Below, piece after piece: positions 1-8,722 of a stretch of DNA of 64,000 nt. Source of the DNA: a virus; IMG/VR virus record IMGVR_UViG_3300022561_000003. One strand, given 5' to 3'. Below the pieces are notes generated by a model. The model was not told the origin of the DNA. It saw only the letters and a list, made by a program, of their open reading frames with translations, and did not search any database. Both the position numbers and the translations under genes were made by a program. Position 1 is the stretch's first letter; each line of letters starts with the position of its first letter.

Positions 1-1
1 A

Positions 2-247
2 AAAAAGTTAAAAATCAAAATACCTTCTATTAATATATGGTGTTATTCAGGATTTACATTTGAAGAAATATTAGAAGATTCTGATGAAAAGTTTGAATTA
101 TTAAAGCTATGTGATATTTTAGTCGATGGGAAGTTTAATATCGACAAAAGAAATGTAACATTATCATATAGAGGAAGTGACAATCAAAGATTAGTTTTAG
201 TTCAAGAAAGTTTAAAACAAAACGAATGTATTTTATATAACAATTAA
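2..247 (+). CDS. nrdG: Anaerobic ribonucleotide reductase activating protein, 3' end (5' truncated by window edge)
   Basis: Manual translation: WCYSGFTFEEI...DILVDGKF...YRGSDNQR, the typical NrdG C-terminal motifs; stop TAA at 245-247. Confidence 0.85.
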   Translation, partial: KKLKIKIPSINIWCYSGFTFEEILEDSDEKFELLKLCDILVDGKFNIDKRNVTLSYRGSDNQRLVLVQESLKQNECILYNN

Positions 248-297
248 ACAATAATTTAAGGCTGGCATCCTAAACTGCCGAAAAGGAGAAAAGGATT

Positions 298-783
298 ATG
301 GGAAAAGTATATTTTGCAAAAGTAAATAAATATGCAACAATTCCTTCCAAAGCAGATGAGGATATGGGATATGATATTTATGCTTGTTTTGATCAAGTTG
401 AAATAGCAATACAACCTGGAGAAATTAAACTGATTCCTACAGGTATTGCCTCTGCATGTAATGAAGATTACGGATTTATACTTAAAGAAAGAGGTTCTAC
501 AGGAACTAAGGGAATGTCACAACGATGTGGTGTTATAGATAGTGGATATAGAAACGAGTGGTTTGTGCCTATAAATAACACAAGTAATAAAGTAATTATT
601 ATAACAAAAAATGAAGATAGAGCAATGGCAGATTATGAACAATATTATTCTTATTCTAAAGCTATATGTCAAGCATTGTTAATACCAGTTCCCAAGACAG
701 AAATTATTGAGTTAACTGCAACAGAACTTAAAAGAATACCATCTAAAAGAGGTATGGGACATCTCGGATCAAGTGGAAAGTAG
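298..783 (+). CDS. dut: Trimeric dUTPase
   Basis: Motifs GYDIYA, IPTGIA, ERGSTG, GVIDSGYR and C-terminal RGMGHLGSSG. Confidence 0.93.
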   Translation: MGKVYFAKVNKYATIPSKADEDMGYDIYACFDQVEIAIQPGEIKLIPTGIASACNEDYGFILKERGSTGTKGMSQRCGVIDSGYRNEWFVPINNTSNKVIIITKNEDRAMADYEQYYSYSKAICQALLIPVPKTEIIELTATELKRIPSKRGMGHLGSSGK

Positions 784-792
784 AGGAGAAAT

Positions 793-1419
793 ATGGGTGG
801 AATAGGGAGATTATTAAGAATTAGACAATGTAGTGTTTGTGGAAAAGACATTGAAATACACCATAAAATAAGAATGGAAAGTACTACTATTTATTGTAGC
901 AGAAAATGTTATAAAGAAAAACTAATCGAAAAGCCAAAAGCAAATGTTAAATGTGCCTATTGCAATAAAGAGTTTTATTTAAAGCCTAGTCATTTGAGTA
1001 AAACAGATACGCATTGTTGTTCAGAAAAATGTTTGAGGAATCTAAGAAAAACAACTTATTCAGGTAAAAATAATCCTCAATATGGATTAAAAGGTATACT
1101 CAATGATAGTTGGAAAAGTGATGTTAAAATAACCCATTATGGCTATAGAAAAATTAGAGCACTAGATCATCCTTTTAAAGACATTGATGATTTTGTATTT
1201 GAGCATAGATTAATCGCAGAAAAATATCTGCTAACAAGTGAAAACAGTATAAAGGTAGGAGATAAAAGTTATTTAAAAGACACATATGTTGTTCATCATG
1301 AAGATTTTAATAGATTGAATAACAAAGTGAATAATTTGAAGGTCATGACTAAATCAGATCACATAAAATGGCATTGGCAAATAAGAGAACAATGTAAAAT
1401 ATATAAATCAGTAATATAA
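793..1419 (+). CDS. HNH endonuclease with N-terminal Cys-rich zinc modules
   Basis: CxxC...YCSRKC repeats; FEHRLIAE...VVHHEDFNRLNNKVNNL...DHIKWH. Confidence 0.85.
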   Translation: MGGIGRLLRIRQCSVCGKDIEIHHKIRMESTTIYCSRKCYKEKLIEKPKANVKCAYCNKEFYLKPSHLSKTDTHCCSEKCLRNLRKTTYSGKNNPQYGLKGILNDSWKSDVKITHYGYRKIRALDHPFKDIDDFVFEHRLIAEKYLLTSENSIKVGDKSYLKDTYVVHHEDFNRLNNKVNNLKVMTKSDHIKWHWQIREQCKIYKSVI

Positions 1420-1445
1420 AATAAAAATTAGGAGGTCATATATAA

Positions 1446-2006
1446 ATGGAAAGTAATAATTTAGAAGAATTGTTTGCATCATTATTTGGATCAGAAGAGG
1501 AACAGGAGGAGGCTAGTCAAAATTCATTTGATAGCGAATCAGGGATAGATGAAAGTATACAAAAAGTTAAAGATTTAGATTTAGAAATAGAGCGTTATAA
1601 ATCATTATATAATGAAAAGTTAGAGAAATTAAAATATGATTTAGACAATAAAACATCCAAACTTAATAATCAAAAGGAATGGTTGTTATACAATCTTAAA
1701 AATTCGGTAATGGCTGCTCCAGATAAAAAAGATTTAAAGTCTATGTATAAAAAGGTATATTTCGCTGGTGAGGTTCAAGTTAAGAAATCAGTTGTTCAAT
1801 TTATTGTTCCTGAATTTTCAGAGGAAGAAATTAATAAGAATTTCTCAGATTATAAAAAAGTTAAAACTGTTACTACACTCGATTGGAAATTATTGAAGTC
1901 GCATATCAAGATATTAAATGGCAACATAGTTAATGAAAAAACTGGTGAATTTCTTACAGATAAAATATCAACAGAAAAAACTCCAGAAACCGTAACTGTA
2001 AAATAG
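1446..2006 (+). CDS. Mu Gam-like host-nuclease inhibitor (putative)
   Basis: Acidic N-terminus, long coiled coil, then KS..KV.FAGEVQVKK, resembling the Gam family. Confidence 0.5.
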   Translation: MESNNLEELFASLFGSEEEQEEASQNSFDSESGIDESIQKVKDLDLEIERYKSLYNEKLEKLKYDLDNKTSKLNNQKEWLLYNLKNSVMAAPDKKDLKSMYKKVYFAGEVQVKKSVVQFIVPEFSEEEINKNFSDYKKVKTVTTLDWKLLKSHIKILNGNIVNEKTGEFLTDKISTEKTPETVTVK

Positions 2007-2027
2007 CTTAACAATTAAACAATAATT

Positions 2028-2048
2028 GAGGGATTAATTTCCCTCTTT
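2028..2048 (+). terminator. Rho-independent terminator-like hairpin
   Basis: GAGGGA-ttaatt-TCCCTC-TTT, directly after a 17-bp motif copy. Confidence 0.55.
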
Positions 2049-2064
2049 AATAAGGAGTGATGGT

Positions 2065-2637
2065 ATGCTTATAGTGATTATGGGAGGCTCAAGCGTAGGA
2101 AAAGATTTAATCCTGTCTACAATTAATAAGCAATATGATATTCCAATCTGTGTTTCCTCCACATCGAGACCGATGAGAATTGGTGAAACGAATATGGTCG
2201 AGTATGATTTTATTACTAAAGATAAATTTCTTTCAGATTATGACAAAGGTAAATTTGTAGAATATAGAGTATATGAAACTGCAAATGGTAAGTGGTACTA
2301 TGGACTATCTAAAGATAGTGTGGATATAAATATAACTCAGATAGTAATTGTAGATGAACAAGGTTATTATGCTCTAGTTAAAGAATACGGACAACAAAAT
2401 GTATTAGGAATATATTTATATGCTCCAGAAAGAGTAAAAATAGATAGAGCACTATCCAGGGAAGTTAGAATAGATAGAGAGTTTTTCAAAGAATTCTATA
2501 GGAGAATGGGTGACGATTTGAATGCCTTTAGTAAATGTGAAAAAGATCAGAACGTTATAAAAGTAGAAAATATTATTTTAGATAATGCTTTAGCTGATAT
2601 AGTTAAAATATTAAATTATAAGGAGTTGGTATCTTGA
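2065..2637 (+). CDS. Guanylate kinase-like protein
   Basis: P-loop GGSSVGKD, then SSTSRPMRIGE..EYDF and WYYG. Confidence 0.8.
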   Translation: MLIVIMGGSSVGKDLILSTINKQYDIPICVSSTSRPMRIGETNMVEYDFITKDKFLSDYDKGKFVEYRVYETANGKWYYGLSKDSVDINITQIVIVDEQGYYALVKEYGQQNVLGIYLYAPERVKIDRALSREVRIDREFFKEFYRRMGDDLNAFSKCEKDQNVIKVENIILDNALADIVKILNYKELVS

Positions 2638-2831
2638 AGATAGATTTCATTAAAAGTGGATATTGTTTTAAACTTGATGAAAAGTATTTAGATTTTAGAT
2701 TTGTTGCAATGAATGTAATGGATGCTAAAAAATCATATTTAGAACGGATAGAAAATGAAATTGATGAAGCTATAGATGACAATATGATTAAATTATATAA
2801 ACTAGAACAAATAGTTAAGGAGGAATGTTGA
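2634..2831 (+). CDS. Hypothetical protein
   Basis: ORF track; RBS AAGGAG and TTG start overlapping the upstream stop. Confidence 0.6.
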   Translation: MKIDFIKSGYCFKLDEKYLDFRFVAMNVMDAKKSYLERIENEIDEAIDDNMIKLYKLEQIVKEEC

Positions 2832-3089
2832 TTGGCTTCAGCAATCGTAGAAGATAAGAAATATGAAGAAATTAAATATAGGCATAAAAAAGAAATAGTA
2901 GATACTTCTGATATAAAAATCACAATTGGTAATAAACTCATGGTAGACGGATTTTATTATGGAACGGTAGTCAGAGAGTCGGAATTATTCTACTATATTC
3001 ATACAAAATATACAGATGAAGAGGTAGAATATCAGAAGTCATCCATCATTGATAAAGTAGCTAAGGAGCTAATTGTTATTGTGGACTAA
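2832..3089 (+). CDS. Hypothetical protein
   Basis: ORF track; AAGGAGG upstream. Confidence 0.6.
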   Translation: MASAIVEDKKYEEIKYRHKKEIVDTSDIKITIGNKLMVDGFYYGTVVRESELFYYIHTKYTDEEVEYQKSSIIDKVAKELIVIVD

Positions 3090-3198
3090 CAAGTATACTA
3101 AATCCAGTCTAAAGTCCTTGTATGGCTATACTAGGAAGGCTCAATACTATCACAGTATCATATTATAAAACTACATTTTTATTAGGAGGATTATATTA

Positions 3199-3543
3199 AT
3201 GAGTATTAAGCCGAAATATCTATTTTTATATACAAATGATGATGCAGTCGAGTGCTTAATGAATCAATCTCCATTTATGTTTGATAAACCAATATCTTTC
3301 AGAAAATCAAAACAAGAAGCTAGAATTGAATATGAACATTACAGTGTAGAATGTCATAAAGTAAAATCTAGTTTGGGAGATAACTTTAGAGGAATTAGAA
3401 CTTGGCAAATATTAGTTGAGGATGAATTATATGATAAATTAAGTCAAGAAGAAATTGATTATAGGTTAAAACCCATGATGTATCCATATGGAATTCTCGG
3501 AGGAAGAATTGTAAGTGTTCATATCTACAGAAAAGATATTTAA
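3199..3543 (+). CDS. Hypothetical protein
   Basis: ORF track; AGGAGG RBS. Confidence 0.7.
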   Translation: MSIKPKYLFLYTNDDAVECLMNQSPFMFDKPISFRKSKQEARIEYEHYSVECHKVKSSLGDNFRGIRTWQILVEDELYDKLSQEEIDYRLKPMMYPYGILGGRIVSVHIYRKDI

Positions 3544-3563
3544 AATATATTTTGTGGAAAGTG

Positions 3564-3592
3564 TTGACAACTGAATAATAATTTGGTAGTAT
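3564..3592 (+). promoter_or_regulatory. sigmaA-type promoter with embedded 17-bp motif
   Basis: TTGACA-17 nt-TAGTAT; motif ACAACTGAATAATAATT at 3567-3583. Confidence 0.65.
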
Positions 3593-3646
3593 GGAGATAG
3601 GGAAATAATTCCTGTCTCTAAAACTATATTATAGGAGGTTTTATTA

Positions 3647-3796
3647 ATGGTAGATCGTGTGGGTTATTTAGGAACTGTAGATAACAAATTTAAGGTGTGG
3701 TTTGATGGAGATCAGTTTATAGCTAAAATTGAAGGTAGAAATTTTTGTATAGATTATGAAGCTATACCAGAAAGTAGAAAACAAAGATTAGCATAG
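3647..3796 (+). CDS. Small hypothetical protein (49 aa, not in ORF track)
   Basis: AGGAGG RBS; MVDRVGYLGT...KQRLA. Confidence 0.65.
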   Translation: MVDRVGYLGTVDNKFKVWFDGDQFIAKIEGRNFCIDYEAIPESRKQRLA

Positions 3797-3831
3797 CAAC
3801 AACTAAATAATAATTAGAAAGGAGAAATATT

Positions 3832-3921
3832 ATGAGTTTTGTTTTAGGGACAATATTCGGTGCTTGTGTAGGTTTTATCACTTTCACTTTAATCTCAGTA
3901 AATAATACAAAAATAAACTAG
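3832..3921 (+). CDS. Small membrane peptide (29 aa)
   Basis: AAAGGAG RBS; MSFVLGTIFGACVGFITFTLISV, one TM helix. Confidence 0.6.
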   Translation: MSFVLGTIFGACVGFITFTLISVNNTKIN

Positions 3922-3933
3922 GAGGAATAACTT

Positions 3934-4158
3934 ATGAAAGATCAAATATATAAATTAGAAAACGAGAAATGGATTAAAACAGAAATAGAAGACATTAAAA
4001 TATATGATATCTTCAAAGTATTTAATTCAGATACTGGAGAATATGAAACTAACGCTGAAAAGGGAATTGTTAATATATGTGTCAGAGGATGTTTTAAGGA
4101 TGAAGATGGATTATCTACAATTCAAAGTAAACCATCAGAAACTACAATTAAACAATAA
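3934..4158 (+). CDS. Hypothetical protein
   Basis: ORF track; AGGAGG RBS. Confidence 0.65.
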   Translation: MKDQIYKLENEKWIKTEIEDIKIYDIFKVFNSDTGEYETNAEKGIVNICVRGCFKDEDGLSTIQSKPSETTIKQ

Positions 4159-4172
4159 TTTAGGAGGATTAA

Positions 4173-4424
4173 ATGAAAGTTAAAATTATAGAAGCAAATA
4201 TGTCATATGTATTTGAAGATAATCTAAATAAGTTTCTTGAAAATGATATTAGCGTCATAGATATTAAATATAGAACATCCGGAAGTCATAATGGAATATC
4301 AGTTGCATATAACTACTCAGCAATGGTTTTATATAATGATGTAGTAACTATGGGAGATTTATTTGCAGAATTAGATATAGAGTCTGAAAGACAAAAAATG
4401 AAAAGAGAGGTTGATAGGATATGA
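4173..4424 (+). CDS. Hypothetical protein, Cse60/DUF2758-like
   Basis: MKVKII...EDNLNKFL...VIDIKY pattern. Confidence 0.45.
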   Translation: MKVKIIEANMSYVFEDNLNKFLENDISVIDIKYRTSGSHNGISVAYNYSAMVLYNDVVTMGDLFAELDIESERQKMKREVDRI

Positions 4425-4765
4425 ATAGTAAATTTGTTGATGTAAGCAACATGGTTTCTATAGAAGAGATGCTATCATCTTCAACATATTATATAGCACA
4501 TTATTATAATCACTGTGTTTATTGTCATCAGGCAGTTAATAACAACAAAGAGGTTATATGGAATGAAATTAGCTATGTACCGTATAGATGTAGTTGTAAT
4601 AATGCTCAACATGAAATAACACTTAAGGAAAATGTACTATATAAACTCAAAGAAATAGAAGAAATGAATAGACATATTAATATGAATATCATTGACGAAA
4701 ATACACAGATTGTTTTAGAAGAAATGGAAGAAAAATACAAAACTTTACAGAGGAGGAATATATGA
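4421..4765 (+). CDS. Hypothetical protein with CxxC/CxC
   Basis: ORF track; ATGA overlap with the upstream gene. Confidence 0.6.
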   Translation: MNSKFVDVSNMVSIEEMLSSSTYYIAHYYNHCVYCHQAVNNNKEVIWNEISYVPYRCSCNNAQHEITLKENVLYKLKEIEEMNRHINMNIIDENTQIVLEEMEEKYKTLQRRNI

Positions 4766-5319
4766 AAGTAGAAAATGTAAAAGTGTACGATTTAGAGGAA
4801 AGTATTAAAGCTAGTAAATATCCTATGGCAATTAATACTGATAGTTGCAACTGTGATATTACAGATAGAGTAAAAGGACTTGCATCATCATCTAAAGGTG
4901 AGGGACATGATCAATGGTTAACAGGAGTTAGGGTAGCATTTGATTTAACATTTAGTAATAAAGCATGGGTAGAGCTGGAGAGATATAGATTTGTAGAATT
5001 TGTTAGTAGTCAGTCTACAATGCATAGAATATCAAAGTTTGACCTAAGTAGTCAATACAATAAATATGTAGATTATATAATGGTTACTAGGATGGAAATA
5101 CTCAAGGATATATATAATGAAACACAAAATATCGAAGATTATTTAATACTATTATATAGCAATCCAAGTGGATTTGAACTAACAGCTAGATTAACTACAA
5201 ATTATAGAGCATTGAAAACAGTCTATTCACAGAGAAAAAATCATAGATTACCAGAATGGAGAGAATTTACAAAATGGATTGAAACATTACCTAATTTTGA
5301 GGAATTAATATTAAATTAA
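4762..5319 (+). CDS. ThyX (Thy1)-fold-like protein
   Basis: ELERYRF...SQSTMHR...TNYRAL...QRKNHRLPEWREF resembles divergent phage ThyX-like proteins. Confidence 0.5.
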   Translation: MKVENVKVYDLEESIKASKYPMAINTDSCNCDITDRVKGLASSSKGEGHDQWLTGVRVAFDLTFSNKAWVELERYRFVEFVSSQSTMHRISKFDLSSQYNKYVDYIMVTRMEILKDIYNETQNIEDYLILLYSNPSGFELTARLTTNYRALKTVYSQRKNHRLPEWREFTKWIETLPNFEELILN

Positions 5320-5334
5320 GAGGAGGATTATATT

Positions 5335-5598
5335 ATGGAAAATGAAATTAATCAAGAGCAAATGGAAGAATTACAATTGAAATTAGAGAATTCGGAGCCA
5401 ATCCCGGTGTCGATGCACATGTCAAGAAAATCCTTTGAGTTTATTACAAGCTCACTTAGAATACTTGATAAAGAAAAATACAGAATTGAAAATGGAATAG
5501 AACTTACGAATAAACATTCTACCTTGTTTGATTTTCAGGCAAGGGTAATTATGAGCGATTCCAGTTCAAAAGTAATCAACCTGAGAGAAGAAATATAA
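5335..5598 (+). CDS. Hypothetical protein
   Basis: ORF track; GGAGG RBS. Confidence 0.65.
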   Translation: MENEINQEQMEELQLKLENSEPIPVSMHMSRKSFEFITSSLRILDKEKYRIENGIELTNKHSTLFDFQARVIMSDSSSKVINLREEI

Positions 5599-5996
5599 TG
5601 CAATCTAAAACTAGAATTAATGAAGAACTTGACTCTGCAATTAGATTATCATTAGAAAAGTTTGAACAGAGGTTCCAAGATAGAATAATGGCTAATTATA
5701 ATAATATGACATTACCATGCACTACAACTTCTCAAAGTTTCTCAAAACATGATTTTGAAGAAGTAGCCAAAATGTTAAAGGAACTTCCTCCAATAGCTAC
5801 AGAAATGGAAGTATTTCCTTCTGGATATATAAATATGTTTGCAGACTTTAAAAAAGCAATAGATATATCACAACAAGGATATTATCCAGGAATGGGAATT
5901 AGAGTAACAGTTATACAAGAGGATAACGAATTAAAAGAAAATCAAACTAGAATTAAATATAATGATGGAACCAGTAAAATAATTGATATATTTTAA
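5598..5996 (+). CDS. Hypothetical protein
   Basis: ORF track; TAATG coupling. Confidence 0.6.
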   Translation: MQSKTRINEELDSAIRLSLEKFEQRFQDRIMANYNNMTLPCTTTSQSFSKHDFEEVAKMLKELPPIATEMEVFPSGYINMFADFKKAIDISQQGYYPGMGIRVTVIQEDNELKENQTRIKYNDGTSKIIDIF

Positions 5997-6222
5997 GGAG
6001 GGTTTATTAATGGACAATAAAGTTGGATTTAGTTATGGCTGCATTGGAGATACATTAGAGGAACAAGCAATAAAACAGGGATTTAAATTAAAAAATCCAG
6101 ATAAGTTCGAGAAAATAAGACATGCAATTAATATGTGTGGATTTCATGTAGCTACAAGCAGTCAGGTAGATATGATGTTTAAGAAATTAAATAAACAAGT
6201 AGTAGAAAATTTAATTAAATAA
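5983..6222 (+). CDS. Hypothetical protein (true start probably MDNKV at 6010)
   Basis: AAGGAGG lies just upstream of the internal ATG. Confidence 0.6.
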   Translation: MIYFKEGLLMDNKVGFSYGCIGDTLEEQAIKQGFKLKNPDKFEKIRHAINMCGFHVATSSQVDMMFKKLNKQVVENLIK

Positions 6223-6244
6223 TCTATTAAACCAAGAGATTTAA

Positions 6245-6625
6245 TTGATTAATATGAGGAGGGAAATTATGAGTAAATGTAATAATTTGGAACATGGTTG
6301 CTGCACAATAACAAACAATAATAAGTGTTGTATAGAATGTGATATTCTTACAACTTGTGACAGTAAATGTGATATTCTTATGCAAGGTTTATTATATAAA
6401 GATGTTAAAAAATGTAAAGACTTTCAAGAATGTAATGAAGGAGACAGTTGTATAAAATATAATATATCAACAAGTATTAGAACTATATATAAAAGCATAA
6501 AAATGTTAGACGAAACTTACACAAATACTAAAACTGATATACGAGCAAGGGAAATAGAAAATTATATGGAAAATCTTGCTTCTGAAATAAAACAAATGTC
6601 AAATATATGGTGTAACAACAAATAA
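6245..6625 (+). CDS. Cys-rich hypothetical protein
   Basis: ORF track; numerous Cys in the N-terminal half. Confidence 0.6.
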   Translation: MINMRREIMSKCNNLEHGCCTITNNNKCCIECDILTTCDSKCDILMQGLLYKDVKKCKDFQECNEGDSCIKYNISTSIRTIYKSIKMLDETYTNTKTDIRAREIENYMENLASEIKQMSNIWCNNK

Positions 6626-6687
6626 TATTAAAATGTAAATTCTATATGACATAACAAGGATTGCTTTACAACTGAAAGGAGAATTAA

Positions 6688-6858
6688 ATGAATAATTATA
6701 TATTAAAAATAAACTTTGAATCAAGCAAACATTGTTTTGAATGTCCACTTTGTGATGAATTTGATGCTTGTATAATGCAGAATAATAAGGAATTCGATAC
6801 AATTAAAAAGCAGATGAATAAATGTCCATTAATTGTGAAAGGAGATAAATATGTTTAA
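6688..6858 (+). CDS. Small Cys-rich protein (56 aa, not in ORF track)
   Basis: AAAGGAG RBS; MNNYILKINFESSKHCFECPLCDEFDAC...KCPL. Confidence 0.6.
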   Translation: MNNYILKINFESSKHCFECPLCDEFDACIMQNNKEFDTIKKQMNKCPLIVKGDKYV

Positions 6859-7054
6859 ATGGATAAAAAGTAAACTTACAAATAACTTAACAGAAATTCC
6901 TTTACTCTGGGTAAATTATAATTCTAAAACTATGGATAAGAAAAATTGTATGGCTCATATTCATCCGGAGTTAACTGATGATAAAATCGTAATCGAATCA
7001 ATAAATAAGCTGATAGATTATATTAGAGATAATTATGATATGAATAAATTTTAA
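6851..7054 (+). CDS. Hypothetical protein
   Basis: ORF track; AAAGGAG RBS. Confidence 0.65.
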   Translation: MFKWIKSKLTNNLTEIPLLWVNYNSKTMDKKNCMAHIHPELTDDKIVIESINKLIDYIRDNYDMNKF

Positions 7055-7065
7055 GGAGGTTTATT

Positions 7066-7272
7066 GTGGATAAAAATGAACATGTATATTGTACTAATTG
7101 TGTACACTTTGATGATAATTTAAAATGTCTTAATGATAATAGTTTATTAACAGGTAAATGTGAAAAGTGTAATTGTAAAGATTGTGACTGTGGAGATTTA
7201 GAGGATAGTATGACATTTGAATTTAGACCTAATTATATAAGGGATATCAGAATATTAACAACAACTAAATAA
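7066..7272 (+). CDS. Cys-rich hypothetical protein
   Basis: AAGGAGG RBS, GTG start; CxxC motifs. Confidence 0.6.
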   Translation: MDKNEHVYCTNCVHFDDNLKCLNDNSLLTGKCEKCNCKDCDCGDLEDSMTFEFRPNYIRDIRILTTTK

Positions 7273-7292
7273 TAATTTAAAGGAGGATTAAT

Positions 7293-7472
7293 ATGAAATA
7301 CTATCAAGGTTCTATAGTAGTAAGTGCGATGGGTAAAAGACGTTTAAAGTGTGAGTTGTGCGATAGAGATTGTTTGTCTTTAAAAATAAGAGAAGATAAA
7401 GTCAAAATATGTACATCTTGTTGGTTTGCAGATAAAGAAGCAGAAGATTTAAAAGAAAGTGGAAACATATAA
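7293..7472 (+). CDS. Small zinc-finger protein (59 aa, not in ORF track)
   Basis: AAAGGAGG RBS; KCELCDR...ICTSCW. Confidence 0.6.
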   Translation: MKYYQGSIVVSAMGKRRLKCELCDRDCLSLKIREDKVKICTSCWFADKEAEDLKESGNI

Positions 7473-7502
7473 CAATTAAATAATAATTAGGGGGAATTTA
7501 TT

Positions 7503-7877
7503 ATCAACAGAGAAATTAAATTTAGGTTTTGGGATATATGTGAAAAGACAATGATTCCGGTTGATTTTGCTGATTTATGTAGTGGCTGTATGTATATTGA
7601 ATCAAGTTCTTATGTTATGCAATACACAGGAGTACATGATGAAAGTGCAGATGAAAAGGAGATATATGAGGAAGATAAAATTAAATTTATATACGAAAGT
7701 ACTGAATATGTTGGAATAGTTAAATTTGAAGCAGGTACATTCATTTTGGCTTGTGATGATTTTGTTGATGGATATATACCTTTTTTAGAACTTATTAATA
7801 GTGATAGAGATTACTGGTGGATTAAAGGCGAAATCGTAGGCAACATATATGAAAATCCTGAGAGGTTGAGCATATGA
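7503..7877 (+). CDS. YopX family protein, non-canonical start
   Basis: (I)NREIKFRFWD N-terminus, MQYTGVHD...EIYEED, EIVGNIYENPE C-terminus. Confidence 0.85.
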   Translation: MNREIKFRFWDICEKTMIPVDFADLCSGCMYIESSSYVMQYTGVHDESADEKEIYEEDKIKFIYESTEYVGIVKFEAGTFILACDDFVDGYIPFLELINSDRDYWWIKGEIVGNIYENPERLSI

Positions 7878-8386
7878 ATGATGGAAAAGTATTTGAAAAT
7901 AGTTTTAAGGAAAGTGTACCAAATGACGTCTATTATCTTCGGCTTAAGGATCCAGCATCAAGTTTTGGTGACCAAGGTAATTCCGCATTAAGATTTTCAG
8001 TTTCAAATCCTTTTGATGTATTGCTATTCAGTAATCCTTTCTTATTTACTCTAGAGCTTAAGAGTACAAAGGGAACTGCATTTAGTTTCAAAGGTAAAAC
8101 TCCAATGATAAAGGCAAGTCAGATTAAAGGCCTTACAGAATCATCTAAATTTGAAGGAATAACATCTGGCTTAATTTTTAATATGAGAGAACCTTATAAC
8201 AGAACATATTTTCTTCATATAAATAACTTTAATGAATTTGTAAAAAGTACAACAAAATCTAGTATTAATGAAAAGGATATTCTTGCTGCTGGAGCTATAG
8301 AAATTAGAAGTAAATTAAAAGTAGTTAAATATTCTTATTATATTAGAGAATTTATTAATGAGATAAAAGAATCATTGACTGATTAA
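7874..8386 (+). CDS. RecU-like Holliday junction resolvase
   Basis: GKVFE...PFD...LELKST PD-(D/E)XK pattern. Confidence 0.7.
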   Translation: MNDGKVFENSFKESVPNDVYYLRLKDPASSFGDQGNSALRFSVSNPFDVLLFSNPFLFTLELKSTKGTAFSFKGKTPMIKASQIKGLTESSKFEGITSGLIFNMREPYNRTYFLHINNFNEFVKSTTKSSINEKDILAAGAIEIRSKLKVVKYSYYIREFINEIKESLTD

Positions 8387-8451
8387 AATATAAACAATTG
8401 GTAATAATTTCTAATACATATTAATACAATAAACCATAAGGGGTGATTAAC

Positions 8452-8610
8452 ATGGCAAAAAAAATTAAACTTAAATTAGTCTGCATAACCAATGATGCAA
8501 TTACAAAGAGTTTAGAAAAATCATTGATAAATATAATTGCTAATTCAATATATAATAAACCTGAATTTCAAAAACTATTACAGGGAGCTTTAAATCCTAG
8601 TAATATATAA
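8452..8610 (+). CDS. Small basic protein upstream of the integrase (52 aa)
   Basis: GGGGTGA RBS; MAKKIKLKLVCITND... Confidence 0.55.
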   Translation: MAKKIKLKLVCITNDAITKSLEKSLINIIANSIYNKPEFQKLLQGALNPSNI

Positions 8611-8722
8611 TATAAAGGAATGTGCATTAATTGCATGTTCTTTTATATTATATATATGATATAATCAACATAGAATGATTTAAATTAATAAGGAACGGTC
8701 AGATAAAAAGTCCAAAGGGGAT

